DNA of 63,671 bases, filler included. It is 3 parts of 3 records of this genome, joined end to end, with 100 filler letters (N's around TTAATTAATTAA, not from the genome) between each part and the next. Parts side by side here need not be neighbours in the genome. Positions count along the whole stretch, not along the records: positions 1 to 25,353 come from SRR31156797_4139; 2 more parts are not named here. One strand, written 5' to 3'. Of this stretch, positions 9,873 through 19,657 are shown in pieces; position 1 is the first letter of the stretch; every line of letters starts with the position of its first letter. Under the pieces are notes generated by a model that made no database searches, was not told the DNA's origin, and was given only the letters and a program-made list of their open reading frames with translations. The translations under genes and the position numbers were made by a program.

Positions 9873-10943
9873 TTATAAAGATAACCTTTGGATTAGATTT
9901 TGCTGAGAAGGATATAAGGCCTCTAATGCTGGTTTGGATGCCAACTCAAAATCACTAAAATCAAACCCAGGTGCAACAGCACAACTTACCAGCGTATATC
10001 CATACCCTTCTTTAATTTCTGCAGCAAACCAGCAATCAGGCTCAACAGTATATTGTAAATGACCATTCATTGTGTCGGAAAGCTCAATATGCTTATAGTC
10101 CCCATTTTTATCAATCATATGAATAATCAGCGGCATACCATGATGGAAATACCATACTTCAGGAGATTTAATTTTGTGAAAGGCAGAAAACTGATTATTA
10201 GCTAACAAATAATATATTGAGGTTAATGCATGACGGTCTCCATTAAAAGACGCTGGCAATCCTGACTGAACAATCTGCATTTCAGATCGGTAAACTTCCT
10301 TATACCAACCCCCTTCCGGGTGTGCCTGAAGTTTTAAATCACCAATAAGCATTTCTGCAATACGACCAACATATTTATCAGGTACAGTTAAATAGTTCGT
10401 ATCAACAAAGTTTTGTAATAAGGATTGTGCTTCTGCCAGCTTTTCTTCCCAGTGTTTAATAGAATTTTGGCCAATAATATCCGTAACACATTTAACACCA
10501 ACAAAAGGGATATCATGCATTTTACAAACTCTGGCTACCGCAAATGATTCCATATCGAACACATCTCCTGTACCATCCGAAGAAGTTAAAAATGTATCCC
10601 CTGTATTACAAGTACTATCAAAATCCCAATCTTTAAAAAAACCACATTTTTCCACCTCATCCGTAAAATCTTCATTAAAAGCCACTCCAAAATTCTGGAG
10701 TTTCTCCATATCTCTGTCAACAAATTGTCTGCACAAATGGATAGAACCTATTTCGTAATCAAGCGTTCCTGCAGTTCCTATATTAAGCACTACATCCGGA
10801 TGATGTTGCTCAATAGCTCTTTCAACTGCTAAAGCCGCAGCTATCTTTCCTACTCCGGTTCTGCAATAATGAAATATACATTGAGGCATGTCAACTTGCA
10901 CGCGCTCTTCTTCAACGGCATATACGATTAAAACATTAAGCAT
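9873..10943 (-). CDS. Fusion of an MTA/SAH-nucleosidase-like (PNP_UDP_1) domain and a DUF985 (Cupin_5) cupin
   Basis: N-terminal TGVGK, NIGTAG, TGDTF, DMES, VKCVTD; C-terminal LQAHPEGGWYKE, TSIYYLL, SAFHKI..PEVWYFH.G, SCAVAPGFDFSDF. ATG start chosen at 10943; TACTTTTG promoter element at 10960-10967. Confidence 0.88.
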   Translation of the reverse strand: MLNVLIVYAVEEERVQVDMPQCIFHYCRTGVGKIAAALAVERAIEQHHPDVVLNIGTAGTLDYEIGSIHLCRQFVDRDMEKLQNFGVAFNEDFTDEVEKCGFFKDWDFDSTCNTGDTFLTSSDGTGDVFDMESFAVARVCKMHDIPFVGVKCVTDIIGQNSIKHWEEKLAEAQSLLQNFVDTNYLTVPDKYVGRIAEMLIGDLKLQAHPEGGWYKEVYRSEMQIVQSGLPASFNGDRHALTSIYYLLANNQFSAFHKIKSPEVWYFHHGMPLIIHMIDKNGDYKHIELSDTMNGHLQYTVEPDCWFAAEIKEGYGYTLVSCAVAPGFDFSDFELASKPALEALYPSQQNLIQRLSL

Positions 10944-11035
10944 AATCTTCAATTTTTATCAAAAGTAAGGATTATTTCAGCAAAATGATGGTCTGCTTTT
11001 TGTTAATTTGCCTGTCTATAATCAAACTTTTATTT

Positions 11036-11824
11036 ATGATGAACAGGTTTTATTTTGTATCCATTCTTCTTATAACTATTCTCTCATCAACTCATGCACA
11101 AGAAGATAAACCACAAAAACACTATATGGGAGTTACATTAGGAATGGATCCTTTTTCTTTAATTAAAGAAACTGCAAAAGCTGCCCTTAATAAAGAAAGC
11201 GATATTTCAGATGACGATTACTCAGAAGAGGACGCTGATCCCCCACTCATATTTATATTAGGAGCATATTACAAATTTAAACCCTTTAACAAACTAGATT
11301 TTGACGCTGGATATAAGCTCTCATTTACCTCAAGAAATGAGAATGAAGTTTGGCTGAATGACACACGCTACTATTATAATGCAGGAGGAGGTCATTCTTT
11401 ATATTCACGTATTAATTTCTCATTCAGAAATATTCATGAAGATGGAGAAGGACATATTTGTACTTCACTGGAAACAGGATACCATTATAGTCCTGCCAAG
11501 TTAAAACTATATAATGCAGATGATGAGCTCCAAAGCATTACAAAACTTAGAGAAAAAAACTTATATGCTGAATTTAAAGTAGGCTATAAATATGGTTGGG
11601 AAGGTCAGGCTATCGCTTTCAATCTTGCCATCAATAACGTACCATATGAAGGTGCCACATACAATGATCGCAAAAATAGAGGGTTTAGTTATGCTGGTAG
11701 AGGTGCTCTGATTTTTAGCATTGATTACGAGTTTAGCTTTAAAGGTAATCAAACCAAAAAACTGCAAAAACAACGAGAAAGAAAGAACAGAAGAATAATT
11801 GATAAGTATGAAGGTAAATATTAA
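11036..11824 (+). CDS. Hypothetical outer-membrane beta-barrel-like protein
   Basis: Signal peptide from MMNRFYF, amphipathic beta-strands, basic tail. Confidence 0.55.
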   Translation: MMNRFYFVSILLITILSSTHAQEDKPQKHYMGVTLGMDPFSLIKETAKAALNKESDISDDDYSEEDADPPLIFILGAYYKFKPFNKLDFDAGYKLSFTSRNENEVWLNDTRYYYNAGGGHSLYSRINFSFRNIHEDGEGHICTSLETGYHYSPAKLKLYNADDELQSITKLREKNLYAEFKVGYKYGWEGQAIAFNLAINNVPYEGATYNDRKNRGFSYAGRGALIFSIDYEFSFKGNQTKKLQKQRERKNRRIIDKYEGKY

Positions 11825-11937
11825 ACCGTGAATCCACCAATTCCATCAAAAAACAAAATCAACAGCTATAAATCAACAAAGTTGTTCTGTACTCCTCACA
11901 TTTTTTAATAATTTGGCAGAGCAAAACACTAGCTGAT

Positions 11938-12675
11938 ATGAACTATTTTTTGATTGTCAACCTGATTATTTTAAATATTCTGGCATGGCTTATAATAAGC
12001 TATTTCTGGAGCTACTGGAATTATAAAATATTTAAACCTTACCTATGGTTAGAAATGGTGAAGCAAAAAAAAGTAGCCAAAATACTATTACAATTAGAGC
12101 GTAAGTTTAAAGATAGAAATCGTTTCTACCATATCTGGTTTACGCTTCATCATATTTCAAAGCAAAATATTCCTGGAGACCTGGCAGAAGTAGGCGTTTT
12201 TAAGGGAGAAACCGCTAAAATCGTTCATCATCAACTACCTGATAGAAAACTTTATTTGTTCGATAGCTTTGAAGGATTACCGAAACAAGTTATCAGAGAG
12301 GACTGTGACGGTACAGTCAGGCCACAAACCGTTAATTTTGAGCAAGCCGACAAACAACAAGTTAAAAAATATATAAGAGGTAATAAGAACATAAGAATCT
12401 ACGAAGGAATTTTTCCGGACACAGCTCAGGACATCACTAACAAGCAGTTTGCCTTTGTTCATCTTGATGCCGATTTGTACCAATCTACTTTGGATGGACT
12501 GCAGTTCTTCTATCCTAAATTAAGTGCCGGAGGAAGCATTCTTGTTCATGATTATAACCATAACTGGGAAGGCGTAGTTAAGGCTGTTGATGAGTTTGAG
12601 AAGACCATCCCAGAGCAATTTATTCCATTAAATGATATGTATGGTTCTGTCATTCTGACCAAAAACAAACAATAA
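11938..12675 (+). CDS. TylF/MycF/NovP-family O-methyltransferase with N-terminal membrane anchor
   Basis: GDLAEVGVFKG, LFDSFEGLP, VHLDADLY, VHDY. Confidence 0.9.
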   Translation: MNYFLIVNLIILNILAWLIISYFWSYWNYKIFKPYLWLEMVKQKKVAKILLQLERKFKDRNRFYHIWFTLHHISKQNIPGDLAEVGVFKGETAKIVHHQLPDRKLYLFDSFEGLPKQVIREDCDGTVRPQTVNFEQADKQQVKKYIRGNKNIRIYEGIFPDTAQDITNKQFAFVHLDADLYQSTLDGLQFFYPKLSAGGSILVHDYNHNWEGVVKAVDEFEKTIPEQFIPLNDMYGSVILTKNKQ

Positions 12676-12690
12676 CAAAACCCTAAACTC

Positions 12691-14964
12691 ATGTATTTAA
12701 GACTTTACCTGATTATTATATGTATAACCATTTCAAGCAACATTTGGAGTCAGGATGATAGTGAACAAAAAAACCGACCGAAAATTGGCTTGGTTTTAAG
12801 TGGTGGTGGAGCCAAAGGTATGGCTCATATAGGTGTTTTAAAAGTGCTTGAAGAGTTAGATATACGTCCGGATTACATTACCGGAACTAGTATGGGTAGC
12901 ATCATGGGTGGATTATACGCCATTGGCTATTCAGCCAATGAGTTGGATTCTATTGTTCGCTTAATGGACTGGAATAACATGCTCAGCGATAAAATTCCGC
13001 TTTCAAGAGTAGTGCAGGAAGAAAAACACGACTACAACCGCTTTTTGTTTCAATTTGATTTAACCCCCAGAGGGCCGGCATTACCTAATGCCATGGTTGT
13101 TGGACAAGGTATTGCAGAAGAAATGAATTACCTCACATGGCATATAACAGGAATCGATAATTTTAATGACTTTCAAACCCCTTTTCAGTGTGTGGCTTCT
13201 GATCTTATTTCTGGGGAAACGCATGTTTTTAAGTCTGGTAATCTGGTAACTGCTATGCGTTCCAGCATGGCCATTCCTTCGGTATTTTCGCCAGTTGTAC
13301 TGGATAGTATGCTGTTGGTAGATGGGGGTGTCTTGGATAATATTCCTGTGCTGGCATGTCGCAAAATGGGGGCTGATATCATCATAGCCGTCAATGTTGG
13401 TTTTAGAGAAAAACCCAATATCAATGATTTCAGTTCTATTGGTGATATATTAATGGGCGCAGCGATGATTCGCAGTAATTTTGAAGCCCAAAGATCGCTT
13501 GATGAAACAGACATACTCATTGCACCGGATTTAGCTAATTACAGTGCTGCCAGTTTTTTTGACGGGGACGCCATTATTGAACTAGGCGAAATTGCAGCTC
13601 GCGAAAGATATGATGAATTAGCTTCATTAGCTGAATTTTTAGATCAGTTTCCTAAAAAGGAAATAGAAAAACCAGAGCTTCTAAGCAAAATTTATATCGA
13701 AGATATTAAAGTAGAGAATCTTAAATACCTGAATGATAAATTTGTGATTGGTAAGTCAGGACTTCAGCCTCATAAGTATTACAGCAAAACCGAAATTAAC
13801 GAAGGCTTGCATCACCTCATTGGAACGCGCTATGTTGATAATGTAAATTACAGATTAGATGAAGGTAACAATGGATTTATTTTGACTTTGCTTCCTACAG
13901 AATCTTATAGAAGCAAATATAATTTCTCCCTTCAATATAATAACACCTATAAAGCCGGAGCCATTTTTAATGTTGTATTTAGAAACCGTATTCTTAAAGG
14001 TTCTAAAATATCCATGAGCGCCAACATTTCCGAGTATCCAATTCTTAACGCTGAATTTATTGATTACAAAGGAAGTAAGCAATTGATTGCAAACTATATA
14101 AAAGCCAGATTTGAGGGAAATTCTATTCCTTATTTCTCAGACAATGGAAATGAAATTGGTAGTTTTAAACAGAACTACACTAACTCGGAAACCGGCTTTT
14201 TATTTACCCCGGATACCAAGCGTATTTTCAGGATGGGTGTGTATTATAAACGTCAGATTAATAATTCGGGTAGAGGATTGCTGGACTTACTGGCTGATAA
14301 TGTGGAGAAAATTGGAAACCATTGGTGGGGTGTAAAATTTAACTACAATAAAAACTCTTTCAACGAACAGTTCTTTGCCAGTACAGGAAACATTTTTGAT
14401 GTAAACCTGGAATATCCAATAGATTTTGGCATCATTTACACAGGATCTGACAGTTCATTTATTAAACTAAACGACCTTGTGGATATTCCTAATGAGAGTT
14501 ATTTAAAATTTAGCGCCTATTACGAACAGCTTATTCCTCTTAACTCAAAACTAAACATATCGTACATGGCTGCTTTAGGAGGGGCAACAAAGGACTTAGG
14601 AAGCACACAATATTTTCATATTGGAGGGTTGAAAGCCACGGCACGATCAGGCGACATTCCGTTTGCCGGGATGATGCCCAAAGAAATTACAGCTCAACAA
14701 TTTTTTATGTCGCAGGTTAATTTGCGATACGAGTTATTCAATAGCACCTACGCCCACTTTTCTGTTGGGGCGATCGATTATCAGTCGAAGTTTGAGTATT
14801 TGAGTTTCGTTCCAGTGCGAGGTTTAGTATCTGAGGATATTGTAGTTGGAGCTAATATTGTTTTATCATATAATTCCATCTTAGGTCCCATTAAGTTTGG
14901 ATATGGACGATCTACATTGCATAAACAAAGCAGATGGTTTTTTACGGCTGGTTTTCCTTTTTAA
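12691..14964 (+). CDS. Patatin-like phospholipase with POTRA and C-terminal beta-barrel (PlpD / type Vd-like)
   Basis: SGGGAKG, GTSMG, DGG motifs; signal peptide; barrel ending in FTAGFPF. Confidence 0.9.
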   Translation: MYLRLYLIIICITISSNIWSQDDSEQKNRPKIGLVLSGGGAKGMAHIGVLKVLEELDIRPDYITGTSMGSIMGGLYAIGYSANELDSIVRLMDWNNMLSDKIPLSRVVQEEKHDYNRFLFQFDLTPRGPALPNAMVVGQGIAEEMNYLTWHITGIDNFNDFQTPFQCVASDLISGETHVFKSGNLVTAMRSSMAIPSVFSPVVLDSMLLVDGGVLDNIPVLACRKMGADIIIAVNVGFREKPNINDFSSIGDILMGAAMIRSNFEAQRSLDETDILIAPDLANYSAASFFDGDAIIELGEIAARERYDELASLAEFLDQFPKKEIEKPELLSKIYIEDIKVENLKYLNDKFVIGKSGLQPHKYYSKTEINEGLHHLIGTRYVDNVNYRLDEGNNGFILTLLPTESYRSKYNFSLQYNNTYKAGAIFNVVFRNRILKGSKISMSANISEYPILNAEFIDYKGSKQLIANYIKARFEGNSIPYFSDNGNEIGSFKQNYTNSETGFLFTPDTKRIFRMGVYYKRQINNSGRGLLDLLADNVEKIGNHWWGVKFNYNKNSFNEQFFASTGNIFDVNLEYPIDFGIIYTGSDSSFIKLNDLVDIPNESYLKFSAYYEQLIPLNSKLNISYMAALGGATKDLGSTQYFHIGGLKATARSGDIPFAGMMPKEITAQQFFMSQVNLRYELFNSTYAHFSVGAIDYQSKFEYLSFVPVRGLVSEDIVVGANIVLSYNSILGPIKFGYGRSTLHKQSRWFFTAGFPF

Positions 14965-15031
14965 TAAAATGTTTAGAATTCAGTAAACTTAAACGCTGAA
15001 TTATCTGTTTATTCTCCACAAAAGCAAAATA

Positions 15032-15664
15032 ATGAACAGAGATTTATCCCATATAAGAAAAGACTTCACTAAAGAATCATTGGATATTCAGCACTTGAAA
15101 GACCACCCTGTAGAGCAATTTAAAATATGGTTACATGATGCCATTGATCAGAAGATACCTGAACCTACTGCCATGACACTGGCAACTGCCTCTGAAAACG
15201 GTATACCTTCTGCCCGAATTATTCTTCTGAAAAAAATTAACGAGAAAGATGGCTTTTGCTTCTTCACCAACTACAAAAGCAAAAAAGGTGCTGACTTAGC
15301 ACAAAACCATCATGCTGCACTTAACTTTTTTTGGCCAGATTTAGAACGCCAGGTTAGAATTAACGGTGTAGTTGAGAAATTAGCAGAACAGGAAAGCGAA
15401 GATTATTTTAAAAGCCGTCCAACTGACAGTCAGTTAAGCGCTATTGCATCACCTCAAAGCCAGATTATCAAAGATCGAGATCAATTGGAAAAATGGTTTC
15501 AGGAGGCTAAATCTAAAGAAATTAAACGTCCTGCTCACTGGGGTGGTTATGCATTATATCCATCTGAAATTGAATTCTGGCAAGGACGTTCCGGAAGATT
15601 ACATGATAGAATCCGATTTCGTTTAGCAAACAATAAATGGATTAAAGAACGTCTTGCGCCTTAA
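15032..15664 (+). CDS. pdxH: Pyridoxine/pyridoxamine 5'-phosphate oxidase
   Basis: PSARIILLK, FTNYKSKKG, IEFWQGRSGRLHDR, RLAP. Confidence 0.97.
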   Translation: MNRDLSHIRKDFTKESLDIQHLKDHPVEQFKIWLHDAIDQKIPEPTAMTLATASENGIPSARIILLKKINEKDGFCFFTNYKSKKGADLAQNHHAALNFFWPDLERQVRINGVVEKLAEQESEDYFKSRPTDSQLSAIASPQSQIIKDRDQLEKWFQEAKSKEIKRPAHWGGYALYPSEIEFWQGRSGRLHDRIRFRLANNKWIKERLAP

Positions 15665-15674
15665 TCAGTCTTCG

Positions 15675-16592
15675 CTATATATTTTTGGCAAGTGTCAGTT
15701 CTCTAAACACATCTTCCATACTTTTTTGATCTTGATTAAGGGTTATTAATTTTAGATTTTCAGCAACAGCTTTATCAAAAATCATTTCCCTAATATCTTC
15801 TTTGGCCGTAATCTGATAAGTTTTTGAATTAATAAGCTGTACATTAATAACCTCTTGCATAGTTGAAAAGAAAGACTCTGCAACAGGCTGAAGAAATTCA
15901 CAGCTAATCTCGTAATTACTTTTCAATGCAGCATTTGTAAGATTACTGGCCATTTCATTGGCTACAATTTCACCCTTATTTATGATAATAACTTTCTCGC
16001 AAATAGCCTGTACTTCTTGCATAATATGTGTTGAAAGCATCACTGTCTTCTGCTCCCCTACTTTTTTAATCAAATCTCGTACCTCAATAATTTGATTTGG
16101 ATCTAGCCCTGTTGTCGGTTCATCCAATATTAAAACCTCCGGATCTGGTAAAAGAGCTTGCGCCAAACCAACACGCTGCCTGTATCCTTTCGATAAAGCC
16201 TTTATTTTTTTTGTTCGTTCAGGAACCAAGCCTGTCATTTCTATAATTTCCTCAACTCTACTTTTAGTTTGTCTTCCTAGTTTATAAATACCGGCAATAT
16301 GATTCAGGTATTCTTTTACATACATATCCAGGTAAAGCGGATTATGCTCCGGCAGATAACCAATCTTTTTACGGTATTCCAGACTATCCTCATCGACATC
16401 CATGCCACAAACCTTTACTATCCCACTCGTTTGAGGAAGATACCCGGTAATAATCTTCATCATTGTTGATTTCCCGGCTCCGTTTGGTCCCAAAAAACCA
16501 ACCACTTCACCGGAAGCAATCTCAAACGATACATTATTTAAAGCTTTCTGTTTACCAAATAAGCGCGATACTTCAGAAACGGATATAGACAT
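15675..16592 (-). CDS. gldA: Gliding-motility ABC transporter ATP-binding protein
   Basis: GPNGAGKSTMMK, GYLPEHNPLYLDMYVKEYL, LSKGYRQRVGLAQA. Confidence 0.9.
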   Translation of the reverse strand: MSISVSEVSRLFGKQKALNNVSFEIASGEVVGFLGPNGAGKSTMMKIITGYLPQTSGIVKVCGMDVDEDSLEYRKKIGYLPEHNPLYLDMYVKEYLNHIAGIYKLGRQTKSRVEEIIEMTGLVPERTKKIKALSKGYRQRVGLAQALLPDPEVLILDEPTTGLDPNQIIEVRDLIKKVGEQKTVMLSTHIMQEVQAICEKVIIINKGEIVANEMASNLTNAALKSNYEISCEFLQPVAESFFSTMQEVINVQLINSKTYQITAKEDIREMIFDKAVAENLKLITLNQDQKSMEDVFRELTLAKNI

Positions 16593-16701
16593 AATCTTAA
16601 ATTTTGATGCGTAAAGTTAATCAACATCATCAAATACTAAATGCTATTTTTTAAAAGATGAAACTAAAAAACGTACTTTTGTGCTCATAAAAGCTATTAA
16701 A

Positions 16702-18501
16702 ATGAGCGCATCAAATTATTGCATAGATCTTTTTCAATACAAACGATATAAAACCTCCGAAGTTAAGATTGGTAATCTATTGATGGGAAATGATCATCCC
16801 ATTGTTGTGCAGTCTATGACTACCACCAATACAAACGATACGGAAGCTACTGTCGAACAAATCAAAACGATTTTTGATGCAGGAGGACAAATGGTTCGTA
16901 TGACCACACAGGGGCAAAAAGAAGCTACTAATCTAAAAAACATAAAGGAAGTACTTACAGAACAAGGATATAACGGCCCTCTGGTTGCCGATATTCACTT
17001 TAATCCTAATGCAGCATCAATTGCCGCACAGCATATTGAAAAAGTACGCATTAATCCAGGTAACTTTGTTGATGGTGCCAAAAAATTTGAAACCATCGAA
17101 TACACTAACGAAACTTATTATGAGGAATTAGAATTGGTTAAACGTAAACTTATTCCTCTCTTAAAAATTTGTAAGAAAAATAACACGGCCATTCGTATTG
17201 GTACCAATCATGGATCTTTATCCGACCGAATTATGAGTCGTTATGGCGATACTCCTAAAGGGATGGTTGAATCCTGTATGGAGTTTTTACGCATTTGCCA
17301 ATCTGAAAATTTCTACAATATAGTACTCAGCATTAAAGCCAGTAATGCACGTATAATGGTTCATACGGTTAGGTTACTAGTTCAAAAAATGCATGAAGAA
17401 GATATGTATTTTCCTTTACACCTTGGCGTTACTGAAGCCGGTGAAGGTGAAGATGGTCGAATTAGATCTGCCGTTGGGATTGGAACCTTACTAGCTGATG
17501 GTATTGGAGATACTATTAGAGTATCCTTAACAGAAAATCCTGAAAATGAAATTCCGGTTGCTGATGCTATCATCCAATACACGCTAGAAAAAGAAAACCA
17601 CCCTCATATAAAACCCGTTGTCGATATATCGTCTTATTCCCCCTTCAATTATGTAAAGCGAAAATCTGCTTCTGTTTTAAATATTGGAGATAATAATGTT
17701 CCCATTGTTATTAGTAATAAAAAATCCATACAAGATACGCCGGATTATATTTTTGAGAACAATAATTTAAATACCAATAATACAGCATATCCATTTTTAG
17801 ATTATCAATCCAGAATTGAAGATATAGCTAAAAAAGATGCTGTCCATTTTGTTTCTGTTTGCTATGATCAATTAGGAGATGAATTTAAAAACTTTATTCT
17901 TGAACATGAGAATGCCATCCTCATTCTAAAAAGTAAGCATATGAATAGTGTGGCTGAACAGAGAGCGGCATTTCTATGGTTCAATAACCATGAGATTAAA
18001 AATCCGGTTATTCTACACAAAAAATACAGCGAAACATTTAATCATCAAACACAAATAAAAGCGTCTTGTGATTTTGGCCCTTTGTTAATGGATGGTTTTG
18101 GTGATGGAATCTGGATAGAAGCAGATGGAGAAGTGGAAGAAGGTTTGATGAATAAAACGGCCTTTTCAATTTTACAAGCAGCACGAGTAAGATTCGAAAA
18201 ACCAGATTATATCTCTTGTCCGGGATGTGGAAGAACACTTTTTGGTCTTCAGGAAACAACTGCAAAAGTAAAATCAAAAACATCTCATTTAAAAGGACTT
18301 AAAATTGCAGTCATGGGTTGTATCGTAAATGGTCCGGGAGAAATGGCAGATGCAGATTATGGTTATGTTGGGTCTGGCCCTGGTAAAATCACCTTATATC
18401 ATCAAAAAGAAGTAGTTAAAAGAAATATCGACGAACAAGATGCAGTTAACGAGCTAATTCAACTCATCAAAGAAAATGGAGATTGGGTTGATCCTGTATA
18501 A
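16702..18501 (+). CDS. ispG: 4-hydroxy-3-methylbut-2-en-1-yl diphosphate synthase, long form with inserted domain
   Basis: VQSMTTT, VRINPGN, RIGTNHGSLS, PLHLGVTEAG, SCPGCGR, MGCIVNGPGE; TACTTTTG promoter element at 16674-16681. Confidence 0.97.
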   Translation: MSASNYCIDLFQYKRYKTSEVKIGNLLMGNDHPIVVQSMTTTNTNDTEATVEQIKTIFDAGGQMVRMTTQGQKEATNLKNIKEVLTEQGYNGPLVADIHFNPNAASIAAQHIEKVRINPGNFVDGAKKFETIEYTNETYYEELELVKRKLIPLLKICKKNNTAIRIGTNHGSLSDRIMSRYGDTPKGMVESCMEFLRICQSENFYNIVLSIKASNARIMVHTVRLLVQKMHEEDMYFPLHLGVTEAGEGEDGRIRSAVGIGTLLADGIGDTIRVSLTENPENEIPVADAIIQYTLEKENHPHIKPVVDISSYSPFNYVKRKSASVLNIGDNNVPIVISNKKSIQDTPDYIFENNNLNTNNTAYPFLDYQSRIEDIAKKDAVHFVSVCYDQLGDEFKNFILEHENAILILKSKHMNSVAEQRAAFLWFNNHEIKNPVILHKKYSETFNHQTQIKASCDFGPLLMDGFGDGIWIEADGEVEEGLMNKTAFSILQAARVRFEKPDYISCPGCGRTLFGLQETTAKVKSKTSHLKGLKIAVMGCIVNGPGEMADADYGYVGSGPGKITLYHQKEVVKRNIDEQDAVNELIQLIKENGDWVDPV

Positions 18502-18675
18502 TTTTTTATAGGTTCATCCGACCCTTTTGAAGTCCTTTTGTATTAAAAAGTTATTCATTTGTCACGTCCAATGAAATAATTATGTATTTTTAATACCCAT
18601 TGCCGATCTTTTTTTGGACGGTAAATTATGTTTTTCTAAATTGCAGAACCTTAGATAAACCCGATTTTAAGATAC

Positions 18676-19461
18676 ATGAAACGACTTTTATACCTTACAT
18701 TGCTCCTTATTTTTGCAGTTGCATCTGTAAAATCTGAAGAAATAGTTCTCAATGGTACTTTTCAGGGAGACAATTTATTTGTAAAAAATCCTTTTGCTCC
18801 TAGCGGGGTTGGATTTTGTGTATATGAAGTTACTGTAAACGGACTTACATCTACCGACGAAATAAATTCCAGTGCTTTTGAAGTTGATTTAACAGTATAT
18901 GGATTTAAAGTAGGAGATCCATTAACAGTAGCTATTAAATACAAAGAAGGATGTCAACCTATTGTATTAAATCCTGAAGTGCTTAATGCTCGTGCTACCT
19001 TTGAAATAACTAAACTTGAAGTGAAAGACAATAAAGTTATTTGGAACACTGCAAAAGAATCAGGTAGCCTTCCGTTTATTGTTGAGCAATTCAGATGGAA
19101 CAAATGGGTAGAAGTTGGTAGAGTAAATGGTAACGGAACAATGGATGCAAACTCTTATCAAGCTCAGGTTCGTTTCCACTCTGGTGAAAATCGTTTTAGA
19201 ATTAAGCAATCGGACTACAGAGGAAAATCTAAATACTCAGAGGAAATAACTTTTGCTTCAACTAAACCTGAAGTAACTTTTGCACCACAAAGGGTAGATG
19301 ATTTAATTACCTTCTCTGCACCTACCATGTATGAGATTTATGATGAATATGGAGGTATTATTTTTAAAGGTTACGGAGCTACCATTAAAGTATCAGGTTT
19401 AAATAAAGGTAAGTACTATATGAATATGGATAATAAATTGGCCATTTTCAACAAAAAGTAA
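18676..19461 (+). CDS. Hypothetical secreted all-beta protein with a T9SS-CTD-like C-terminus
   Basis: Signal peptide; C-terminus YEIYDEYGGII...VSGLNKGKYY...FNKK. Confidence 0.6.
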   Translation: MKRLLYLTLLLIFAVASVKSEEIVLNGTFQGDNLFVKNPFAPSGVGFCVYEVTVNGLTSTDEINSSAFEVDLTVYGFKVGDPLTVAIKYKEGCQPIVLNPEVLNARATFEITKLEVKDNKVIWNTAKESGSLPFIVEQFRWNKWVEVGRVNGNGTMDANSYQAQVRFHSGENRFRIKQSDYRGKSKYSEEITFASTKPEVTFAPQRVDDLITFSAPTMYEIYDEYGGIIFKGYGATIKVSGLNKGKYYMNMDNKLAIFNKK

Positions 19462-19491
19462 GATTATAATTCAATAAGAAATAAGATATGT

Positions 19492-19519
19492 AAGCCGGAG
19501 TAATTTCCGGCTTTTTTTT
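19492..19519 (+). terminator. Intrinsic terminator
   Basis: AAGCCGGA-gtaatt-TCCGGCTTTTTTTT. Confidence 0.85.
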
Positions 19520-19657
19520 GCACCAAACCATTATTATACCCTTAGTTTTACAGATATTCGTTAAAAAAATTCAATAATTATCATATCTGCTTAATGATTA
19601 GCGAACAATTCACTAATTTTACGGCCTTTAAAAATTAAGAATTATTAAATAGAACAT

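Noticed and set aside
16702-18501. Unusually long IspG as a novel fusion
   Set aside because: The long form with an inserted domain is already known from Bacteroidota, Chlamydiae and plants.
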